A stretch of DNA of 64,000 nucleotides, taken from Cyanobacteriota bacterium (lineage in GTDB: Bacteria > Cyanobacteriota > Cyanobacteriia > PCC-6307 > Cyanobiaceae). The stretch is taken from NCBI GenBank assembly GCA_046052125.1, contig JBJOMY010000002.1, positions 256,001 to 320,000 on the forward strand, given 5' to 3'. The stretch's first letter is position 1. Each line of letters opens with the position of its first letter. Shown in pieces: positions 56,703 to 64,000 of this stretch. A program made the translations under genes and the position numbers. The notes beneath the pieces were generated by a model. It was not told where the DNA came from and did not search any database. It saw nothing but the letters and a program-made list of their open reading frames with translations.

Positions 56703-58230
56703 CTACATCGCAGAGGTAGACGTGCCAGCGCTTGATTACACGTTTGTCTTTGATCTTGCATCTTGCGCCTAAAACTGTTGGATCAAGAGCTGTTTTGCTC
56801 ACCACAGCACCCAGGGGAAGTCCTCCAAGCCGTTGATCAACATCCTGAATCACCCTTGTTTCGCTGCTGTCAAGGTTGGGCCAATCAGGCTTGGTGTAGG
56901 TGCGCCTTTGGCTGTGATAGGCGAAGGCTGAGCTCCAGTCGTCACCGAAGACAAGAATGCCTGAGTGGGTTGGGGTGTGGTTCTGAATCAGTTTGCCGAT
57001 GGCTATTTTGTCGCTGCTTTTGCGTTGAATGCGAGGCCAATCATTGCTGAAGAAGCTGTTCAGATTGGCGATGATCACAACGGTCAGCGCCATGATCACG
57101 ATGCCCTTCTGAACCCGTTGCTGCTGGGCTTGATCGAGGAGTGAGGCACCGGAGGCGGCCACGGCCATCAGGAGAAAGATCTGATTGCTGGCTTGGTAAT
57201 AGCTATGTACGATGTGCAGGTTGGTGAAGATCAACAGGGGTGCGACGCTCAGGAACAGGCAGGCCAGCAGGAAGGTTTTCACTGGTTTGCTGCTGATCCA
57301 AAGGCCACCGATCAGGAGTGCTGTGATAGGTAGGGCCGCCAGCGGTGTGAGCATCCGCTGTAGCACAACGTCGTGCCAGAGCTCAGGTTGCAGCCGCTGG
57401 CTCGCCTGGCCGAAGTTCCAGGCTCTCAGGGCTGTGGAGGTGAGCTGCGACCCGATCGGGTTGAGTTGTTTCAGGGCATCAGCGTGATGGGTCCAGCCAT
57501 AGAGCAGGGCAAAAGCCACGGCCATCGCGCTGCCCACAAGCAGCTGTTGGACTCTCCCCTGCCGGTTCGCGAGGACTGTTCTGCTCTGCCAGATCCAGTC
57601 GCCCCCCATTAGCATCAGTGCCGGGAGTGCGGTGGTGGCTTTCACCAGCAGCCCCAGGCTCAGGCTGATGCCCAAGGCGATGCTGAGCAGGCCGAATGGC
57701 TGTGCCGTATCAGCCTGTGTTGCAGTATCTGGCCGTAGTTGGCTGTACAGATCCAGGCTCACCAATGTGAAGAACAGCGCCGTGCTCTCCATCAGGAATG
57801 CCCGGTTCCAGAAGAGATAGATCGAGGAAGTGCAGTACAGCGCGATGAACAGGCCGATGGCTGTGAAGCTCAGTCCAAAACGCCGCATCAGGCGCGTCGC
57901 TGGCGAGAGGCAGCCCAGGCCGAATAGCACGCTGATCAGTCGGCCACTGCTGCTCAGGTTCAGGCCCGAGAGATGCGCTAGTTGATGGGTGATCCACTGA
58001 AACAGTGGGAATTCAAACGGAATGCTCCAGGGCGCACCAACCACGGGTGTTTGATAGTTCAACAGCCCTTCAAGGCCGGGCTGCATGAACAGGGCGCTCA
58101 GGGCCGTCTGGGTCTGACGGAATTCGTGGCGGTCGATCAATGGCTGATCCAGCCTGCCGAACCAGAACACCCCGGCGAACACAACGGCCGCTGTGATCAG
58201 CAGCCAGATCCAACGGGGCCTTGGGGGCAT
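56683..58230 (-). CDS. multi-TM GT-C fold glycosyltransferase (ArnT/PMT-like)
   Basis: many TM helices, first-loop DRHEFRQTQT and PFEFPLFQ, RAFLMES, LVKAT. Confidence 0.65.
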   Translation of the reverse strand: MPPRPRWIWLLITAAVVFAGVFWFGRLDQPLIDRHEFRQTQTALSALFMQPGLEGLLNYQTPVVGAPWSIPFEFPLFQWITHQLAHLSGLNLSSSGRLISVLFGLGCLSPATRLMRRFGLSFTAIGLFIALYCTSSIYLFWNRAFLMESTALFFTLVSLDLYSQLRPDTATQADTAQPFGLLSIALGISLSLGLLVKATTALPALMLMGGDWIWQSRTVLANRQGRVQQLLVGSAMAVAFALLYGWTHHADALKQLNPIGSQLTSTALRAWNFGQASQRLQPELWHDVVLQRMLTPLAALPITALLIGGLWISSKPVKTFLLACLFLSVAPLLIFTNLHIVHSYYQASNQIFLLMAVAASGASLLDQAQQQRVQKGIVIMALTVVIIANLNSFFSNDWPRIQRKSSDKIAIGKLIQNHTPTHSGILVFGDDWSSAFAYHSQRRTYTKPDWPNLDSSETRVIQDVDQRLGGLPLGAVVSKTALDPTVLGARCKIKDKRVIKRWHVYLCDVVNAPQP

Positions 58231-58235
58231 TCGCT

Positions 58236-59786
58236 TCAGGCGCGGCGGCGCACCAAGCTTGCAGCAGCCGCGAGAGCCGTGATCATCCACACGCTGCAGA
58301 GACGGCGCAGGATGGCGATGCTCAAGGCCAGGGAGCTGGGGATGCCGGCCTGGTGCAGCAGCAGCGTGGTGGCGGCTTCATTCACGCCGAGCCCGCCAGG
58401 CAGCAGCGATGCCATGCCGGCTGTGCCCGAGAGCAGGTAAACGCTGATGGCCTGGCCGGCGTTCACTGTGGCGGCCGGACTGATCGCCTGCACCAGCAGC
58501 CAGAGAATCATCGCTTCCAGGCCCCAGATCCCCAGGCTCACGCCGCTGGCGGGCAGGCAGGCGCAGGCGAGACGGCCGCTGGGCAGGTGTTGCCGCCAGT
58601 GGGAGCGACGACTCCAGAGCCAACGGCCAAGGGCCAGGGCCAGCAGGGCGGCGAGGCCAATTAAGGCCACGGCCGTGGAGGTCAGCGGCCCGAGCCGCTG
58701 TTGCAGTTGTCCGGGCACGAGTAGGGCCAACCAGATCACCACCGCGGCTGCATCGCAGAGGCGCTCCGCCAAGAAGGCATGCAATAGCGGTGAGCGGGGG
58801 TAGCCCAGCTGCTGATGCAGCTGCTGCACCCGTGAAAGTTCGCCCAGCTTGCCGGGGGTGGCGGTGAGCGCGAAGCCCTGGAACCACACCACGGCTTCGC
58901 GGCGGCTGCGGCGGCCGATGCCTTCGGCGTTCAGCAGCAACCTGAAGCGCCAGTAGCGGCCCGCGTAGCTCAGGGCCAGAACGGCAGCGATGGCGGGCAG
59001 CCAGCCCGGAAGCCGCATCACGCCACTGATCAGGTTGGTCTGGGCGGTGGGATCCAGCCGCAACAGGCCGGCCAGCGCTGAGAGCAGCAGCACCGCCGCG
59101 AGGGGCGTGAACCAACGCGTCAGCCCTGGCGCGGTCGGGTAAGGACGAGCTGCTGCCTGGAAACTGCGCCAGTGCGGCTCTGCAGCACGTTGCAGCAGTT
59201 CCCGATCGCCGCGGCTGTCGCCGTAGGCATGCAGCTCCACGCTGTGAAGCGGGCCTTGCAGCCACTGACTGAGCCGCTGGATCTTCTCCGGCCCTTTGCA
59301 GTTGGGTGAGCGCAGTTCGATCGGGGCGCCACTGCAGGGATCGCTGGTTTCCGTGGCGATCAGTTCCACCTCCAGCCGCTCGGCGATCGGCTGCAGCAAG
59401 CAGCGGGGCGAGGCCGACACGATTACCAGCCGGTGGCCCTGTTGGCGATGCCACTCCAGGCGGGCTAGAGCTTCCGGCCGCAGCCGCTGCCAGAGCGCAT
59501 CGGCGAGTCTGTGTTGCAACAGGCGTTGCCGCTGCGGCGCCGAGCGCGCTTGCATCGCCGGCGTGAGCAGCACCCGCAGGAACACCTGCTTGAACCAGGC
59601 GGTGCTGCGCAGCCTGCTCTTCCAGAGCAGCAGTGCTGGCAGGAGCAGCAGTCCATCCCGCAGCCGCCCCAGCGGTGAGCGCATCAAGCTGTGCAGGATC
59701 AGCAGGCAGTCGCCATCGAGCAGGGTGCCATCGAAATCGAAGGCGGCGACCGGGCGCGCCGCGGCTGCTGTGGGCGATCCGCTCAT
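58236..59786 (-). CDS. HAD-IB hydrolase fused to LPG-synthase/flippase-like TM domain
   Basis: FDFDGTL, IVSAS, NCKGPEK, AYGDSRGD; C-terminal TPGKLGE, ERLCD, LPGGLGVNEA. Confidence 0.8.
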   Translation of the reverse strand: MSGSPTAAAARPVAAFDFDGTLLDGDCLLILHSLMRSPLGRLRDGLLLLPALLLWKSRLRSTAWFKQVFLRVLLTPAMQARSAPQRQRLLQHRLADALWQRLRPEALARLEWHRQQGHRLVIVSASPRCLLQPIAERLEVELIATETSDPCSGAPIELRSPNCKGPEKIQRLSQWLQGPLHSVELHAYGDSRGDRELLQRAAEPHWRSFQAAARPYPTAPGLTRWFTPLAAVLLLSALAGLLRLDPTAQTNLISGVMRLPGWLPAIAAVLALSYAGRYWRFRLLLNAEGIGRRSRREAVVWFQGFALTATPGKLGELSRVQQLHQQLGYPRSPLLHAFLAERLCDAAAVVIWLALLVPGQLQQRLGPLTSTAVALIGLAALLALALGRWLWSRRSHWRQHLPSGRLACACLPASGVSLGIWGLEAMILWLLVQAISPAATVNAGQAISVYLLSGTAGMASLLPGGLGVNEAATTLLLHQAGIPSSLALSIAILRRLCSVWMITALAAAASLVRRRA

Positions 59787-60226
59787 GGGCGTTGGCGGAA
59801 CGAAATGTGTTTGTGGCCGAAGTAGCTGCTCAGCACCGGCACTGCCACGCCGATGCCGTGGGCGATCAGATCGCGCAGCACCACGATGCCGAGTAGGGGC
59901 AGGAGCCAGTTGCGCAGGCCCACGCTCACCAGCCACGTTTGCAACACGGCAAACAGGTTCACCAGAGCGAAGGCAGCGAAGGAGCGACGCACGCTGGTGC
60001 GGCTCTGTAGAAACACGAATTTCCGTGCCAGCACATAGGCGGTGAGCATGCCCACGCCGTAGGCCAGCAACACCGCCAGCTCAAAGCGCAGCAGCTGTGA
60101 AAACCCCACCCGGCTCAGCACGTTCACCAGGGCGGCTACCCCTCCGGTGATCAGAAACAGCAGAAATTCACGCCGGGGGGAAAGGGGTGGTGGCGTCTCT
60201 GGCTTGGGCCCTGTTGTAGCCGTCAT
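59783..60226 (-). CDS. GtrA family polyprenyl-phospho-sugar translocase
   Basis: FLLFLITGGVAALVN, AYVLARKFVF, SYFGHKHISFR; four TM helices. Confidence 0.88.
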   Translation of the reverse strand: MTATTGPKPETPPPLSPRREFLLFLITGGVAALVNVLSRVGFSQLLRFELAVLLAYGVGMLTAYVLARKFVFLQSRTSVRRSFAAFALVNLFAVLQTWLVSVGLRNWLLPLLGIVVLRDLIAHGIGVAVPVLSSYFGHKHISFRQRP

Positions 60227-61533
60227 CGCCGGGCGGCCTGCAGCTCCCGGCACACCTTCCGCGCCAGCTCGCGCCCATAGCCCACGCTTTCAGCGATGCC
60301 GCGATCTTCCGGGTAGTACACGGTGGTGTCCACCGTGGTGATGCCGGGCAGGGGGTTCAGCGGCGGCAGGCTCTGCTGGAAGTGGGTGCCGCACACCGGT
60401 TGGGCATAGCGGTAGCGGCTGCAGTGGGCGGCCAGCACATCGCCATCAGCCAGATCGGGGTTGATCGCTTTCAGGCAGGCGATCGAATCGGCGATGAAGG
60501 CCTGATCGGGGCGCTGATAGTCCGGATGGCTGGCGGGCATGTAATAGGGCACATAGGTGATGTGCCCCTGCACCGGCCTCAGATTCGAAAATTCGATGAT
60601 GCCGGGGATGCCGAAGCGCGCGTCGTTGATGTTGGTCCAGAAGTTGCCTGTGATCGGCTGGCGGGTTTGGAGCACCACGCAGGCGCAGGCCACTGAGATC
60701 TGGTTGGCGTAGCGCTCTACCAGGGGGGCATCGGCTCCCCCGGCTTCCAGCATCGGCGCTACCAGGGGCAGTGGCACCGTGGAGATCACGGCATCGAAGT
60801 GGCGCTCGCCGGCGGGAGTGCGCACCACCGCACCCTGCCCAGGGCCGTTGGAGCGGATTGCCTGCACCGGGCTGGAGAGCTGGATCTCGCAGCCCAGCTC
60901 CCGCAGCCGTTGCTCGAGCGCATCGATCCAGCGTTGCGAGCCGCCCTCCAGATAGCCGAGGGTTTCCTTCAGCCAGCGGCGCGATTGCCCGAGGCGGCGG
61001 ATGCGGCTCCAGATCCAGGCGGCTGAAAGGCTGTCGCTGTGCTCGTAGAACTTGTAGGCAAACAGCTTCTGCCAGAGCAGGGCATAGCCCTTCTCGCCCA
61101 GCCAGGTTTTGAGCCAGTCGGTGGCGCGGAGGCCATCGAGGTGCTGCCAGCGGTGCAGGCTGAGGCAGCGGGCGGCATGGAGCAGATAGCGCAGGCGCGT
61201 GAGCAGGGGCAGGCGGCGGAAGCTGAGCACCGAACCAGCGCTGCCCCAGGGGTAGAGGCGTCCATCCACGAAGAAGCCCATGGAGGTTTGCTTCCAGCGC
61301 AGCTGATCTGCCAGGCCGAGTTCGTCAAGTAGCTGGAAGAACGCCCCATCGCTGAGGCAATGGAAGTGGTAGTAGCGCTCGAGGGTTTGTCCGGCGAAGG
61401 CGAAGCTCGCCGCCATGCCGCCGAGGCGATCATCCGCTTCCAGTAGCACCGGTTTGGCGCCCTCAAGCGCCAACTGATAGGCCACCGCCAGGCCCATGGG
61501 GCCGCCGCCCACCACCGCAATCATTGGCGCCAT
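60223..61533 (-). CDS. FAD-dependent oxidoreductase (amine oxidase/PPO-like)
   Basis: VVGGGPMGL, LGGMA, ERYYH, YPEDRG. Confidence 0.85.
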   Translation of the reverse strand: MAPMIAVVGGGPMGLAVAYQLALEGAKPVLLEADDRLGGMAASFAFAGQTLERYYHFHCLSDGAFFQLLDELGLADQLRWKQTSMGFFVDGRLYPWGSAGSVLSFRRLPLLTRLRYLLHAARCLSLHRWQHLDGLRATDWLKTWLGEKGYALLWQKLFAYKFYEHSDSLSAAWIWSRIRRLGQSRRWLKETLGYLEGGSQRWIDALEQRLRELGCEIQLSSPVQAIRSNGPGQGAVVRTPAGERHFDAVISTVPLPLVAPMLEAGGADAPLVERYANQISVACACVVLQTRQPITGNFWTNINDARFGIPGIIEFSNLRPVQGHITYVPYYMPASHPDYQRPDQAFIADSIACLKAINPDLADGDVLAAHCSRYRYAQPVCGTHFQQSLPPLNPLPGITTVDTTVYYPEDRGIAESVGYGRELARKVCRELQAARR

Positions 61534-62471
61534 CAGAAGGGAAGGACCACCTGGGAATAGCGGGGATCCTGGTAGGTGATCCGCAGTGCATCGGCCAGAG
61601 AGGTGGGCTGCACCGAGAAGATGCCGGGCCAATCGATCACTTCGAATTCATCGCCGGCGGTGAGGGCGGTGAGTTGGGAGCGGGTGAAGGCGGGCTGGCG
61701 GCTGATCAGAGCCCAGAGCTGCAGCAACCAGCCGAACAGCGGAATCGGCAGGTGGATGATCCAGGGGCGAGCGTTCACGGCCTGGCGCAATTGGCGCATC
61801 AGGCTGATGTAGCTCACCTGTTCGAGCCCAGTGATGTCGTAGGTGCCGCTCAGGCCCGGCTGCTCGAGGCAGCTCTGGATCACCTGGCAGAAATCGCCCA
61901 CGTAGAGCGGCTGGCGGATGAAGCGGCCGCTGCCGGGGATTGGGAACACGGGCAGCTTCTGCATGAGGCGGGCCAGCCAGCCCAGGTGTTTGCGATCAAA
62001 CCAGCCGAACATCAAGGTGGGCCGCAGGATCACCACCCCAGGCCAGCTGCGCTGCACCAGCTCTTCTTGGGCGCGCTTTGTGGTGGTGTAGAGGTCTGTG
62101 GCCACAGAGTTCACCACCGAGCTGCTGATGTGCACCAGCCGGGGGATGGCCTGACGCTTGAGCTGCTCGAGCACCACTTCAGTGGTGCGGATGTTGTTGC
62201 GCTCGAATTGCGTGGGATCGGTGTTGCCGATCTCGGCTTGGAGCATCACGCAGGCGTTGGAGCCTGCCAGGCGCTCGGGCCACTGCACGCCTTCTGTGCT
62301 GGTGAGGTCTTCGCAGAGGAACTCCACGGCGGGGAAGAGCTTCCGGCCGGCTTCCACCGCCTCGCGCTTTTTGTCCACGACCAGCAGCTGCCACTCGGGA
62401 TGGTGCTGCTGAAGCAGGGCAATCAGGTTGAGCCCCACCAGGCCGGCACCGCCGGGAAGAAACACCTTCAT
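61533..62471 (-). CDS. NAD-dependent epimerase/dehydratase (extended SDR)
   Basis: PGGAGLVG, HISSS, YTTTK, LRPTLMFG, QPLYVGD. Confidence 0.85.
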   Translation of the reverse strand: MKVFLPGGAGLVGLNLIALLQQHHPEWQLLVVDKKREAVEAGRKLFPAVEFLCEDLTSTEGVQWPERLAGSNACVMLQAEIGNTDPTQFERNNIRTTEVVLEQLKRQAIPRLVHISSSVVNSVATDLYTTTKRAQEELVQRSWPGVVILRPTLMFGWFDRKHLGWLARLMQKLPVFPIPGSGRFIRQPLYVGDFCQVIQSCLEQPGLSGTYDITGLEQVSYISLMRQLRQAVNARPWIIHLPIPLFGWLLQLWALISRQPAFTRSQLTALTAGDEFEVIDWPGIFSVQPTSLADALRITYQDPRYSQVVLPF

Positions 62472-63823
62472 CAGAGCTTCACGCGACGGGCCAGATCAGA
62501 GCTGAACACACCCCGTGGATCGAGCAGAGCCCGCTGCTGGCGCCAGGCATCGAGGCGTGGATAGCTGCGCTCGAGCATGGTTGCAGATTGGCGCGAGTCC
62601 TTCGCCAGGTAGAGCCGCCCGCCGGCTCCCGCCACCTGCTCATCCAGCTGATCGAGCAGCTCGAACAGGCCGGGCACGGCGGCAGACACATCGGCCGCCA
62701 GTGTCCAGCCCGGCATAGGGAAGGAGAGGGGGCCCGGGTTGCCCGGCCCGAAGCGTTTGAGCACCGTGAGGAAGCTGGGGGCGCCGATGCGGCGCAGGGC
62801 CTCCAGGGTGGTGCGCACCAGATGGGCCGCGGCGTCGGGCACGGCGAACTGGTATTGCAGGAAGCCGGCCGGACCGTAGATGCGGTTCCAGTTGCTCACC
62901 CCATCGAGGGGGTGGAAATAGGGGCTAATGGCTTGCAGTTCGCCCTCGCGCTGCTTGGGCGCCTTGCGATACCAGGCTTCGTTGAAGGCCCGCACCGTCC
63001 AGGTGTTGAGCAGGCCTCCGGGCAGCAAGGAGGGCGCACCGGCCAGGGCTTTGGGGTCGTAGTGGAGGGGGTCGGCCTCGCTGACCTGCTCGCGGCTGGC
63101 GTGATCGCCGCAGGTGAGCACACCGCGGCCGGCCGGGTTGAGACTGTCCACCCAGGCCACGCTGTAGCGGTAGCGGGCATCGGCCTCCACCATCGCCGCC
63201 ATCAGGGCATCGAGCTCGCGGAAGCGGGTGGTGTCCACGCTGATCAGCGAGCTGCTGATCGGGATCAGGCGGAAGCAGGCCTCCACGATCACGCCGGTGA
63301 GGCCCATGCCGCCGGCGGTGGCCCAGAAGGCTTCCGCAGTGGCCGGGTCGCTGGGGCTGAGCTGGCGCAGCTGGCCGCTGCCATCCACCAGCTTGAGCCA
63401 ATGCACGTGGTTGGCAAAGCTGCCTTCACCGTGGTGGTTCTTGCCGTGCACATCGGCGGCGATCGCCCCGCCGATTGTCACATTGCGGGTGCCGGGGGTG
63501 ACGGGCAGAAAGAAGCCCGCCGGCACGATCACCCGCAGCACGGCATCGAGGCTGGCGCCGGCACCGCAGGTGGCGTAGCCGCTGGCGGCATCGAGCTGGA
63601 TGTGATCGAGCCCGGTGAGCTCCAGCACCGTGCCACCGGCGCACTGGGCCGGGTTGCCATAGGCGCGGCCGAGGCCGCGGGCGATCAGGCTGGCGGGGCT
63701 GGCGGCCGCCACAACGGTCTGAATCTGCTCAACGGCCGTGGGCTGGCAGAGCTCGGCGGTGCTGGGATCGGTACGGCCCCAGCCGGTGAGAGTGGTGCTG
63801 TTGCCGCTGAGGGTCGTCGTCAT
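62471..63823 (-). CDS. DprE1-like polyprenylphosphoryl-ribose 2'-oxidase
   Basis: GWGR, ARGLGRAYG, VTPGT, ADVHGKNHH, YSVAWVD, FHPLD, YGPAGFLQYQF, RLYLAKDSR, DPRGVFSSDLARR. Confidence 0.85.
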   Translation of the reverse strand: MTTTLSGNSTTLTGWGRTDPSTAELCQPTAVEQIQTVVAAASPASLIARGLGRAYGNPAQCAGGTVLELTGLDHIQLDAASGYATCGAGASLDAVLRVIVPAGFFLPVTPGTRNVTIGGAIAADVHGKNHHGEGSFANHVHWLKLVDGSGQLRQLSPSDPATAEAFWATAGGMGLTGVIVEACFRLIPISSSLISVDTTRFRELDALMAAMVEADARYRYSVAWVDSLNPAGRGVLTCGDHASREQVSEADPLHYDPKALAGAPSLLPGGLLNTWTVRAFNEAWYRKAPKQREGELQAISPYFHPLDGVSNWNRIYGPAGFLQYQFAVPDAAAHLVRTTLEALRRIGAPSFLTVLKRFGPGNPGPLSFPMPGWTLAADVSAAVPGLFELLDQLDEQVAGAGGRLYLAKDSRQSATMLERSYPRLDAWRQQRALLDPRGVFSSDLARRVKL

Positions 63824-63827
63824 GGCG

Positions 63828-64000
63828 TCAGAGCTTGGCGGCAAGACGGGCCGGCAGGCGTCGCACCACCGCCATCAGCGGCCGCCACCACCAGGGGATC
63901 GTTTCGATGCCGCGGCGGAAGGGTTTGCGCAGGAGATCGCGGGCGATCTGTTCGGGTTGGGCACAGAGCAGGGGCGGCGCCTTGCCATCGGTCATCGGGC
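63828..64000 (-). CDS. C-terminus of a DprE2-like SDR (5' part outside window)
   Basis: own translation of minus strand: PMTDGKAPPLLCAQPEQIARDLL...PWWWRPLMAVVRRLPARLAAKL*; directly upstream of the DprE1-like gene. Confidence 0.65.
   Translation of the reverse strand, partial: PMTDGKAPPLLCAQPEQIARDLLRKPFRRGIETIPWWWRPLMAVVRRLPARLAAKL

Overview
GC-rich picocyanobacterial (Cyanobium/Synechococcus-type) chromosome segment spanning the probable replication origin (thrC-dnaN intergenic region, ~33.3-33.7 kb). Left arm: murC-murB-ybaB, rsgA-tusA-dnaJ-grpE, type IV pilus pilB-pilT-pilC, dusA, rbp, argH, PP2C, ftsY, nusB, queG, a gyrA/parC-like gene, uvrA, recN, an ABC1 kinase and thrC. Right arm: dnaN, an RTX metalloprotease, purL, purF, a sugar transferase, lysC, holA, cobH, mutS, psbZ and ribH. 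An accessory surface-glycan region follows: rmlA-rmlC-[HEPN/MNT + VapBC]-rmlD, a degraded sugar transferase, and a DprE2/DprE1/GtrA/HAD/GT-C operon. Most notable: (1) six copies of an unrecognised 35-bp spaced palindrome (TCC-N4-TTCYGTRCR-GWS-TGTACRGAA-N4-GGA), three on each side of oriC, two of them inside reading frames; (2) a mycobacterial-type polyprenyl-phospho-arabinose pathway; (3) a Phd antitoxin fused to a degenerate PIN domain and coupled to holA; (4) an apparent ori-spanning inversion. All calls come from reading sequence and motifs by eye. No database searches were run, and start codons are best guesses.
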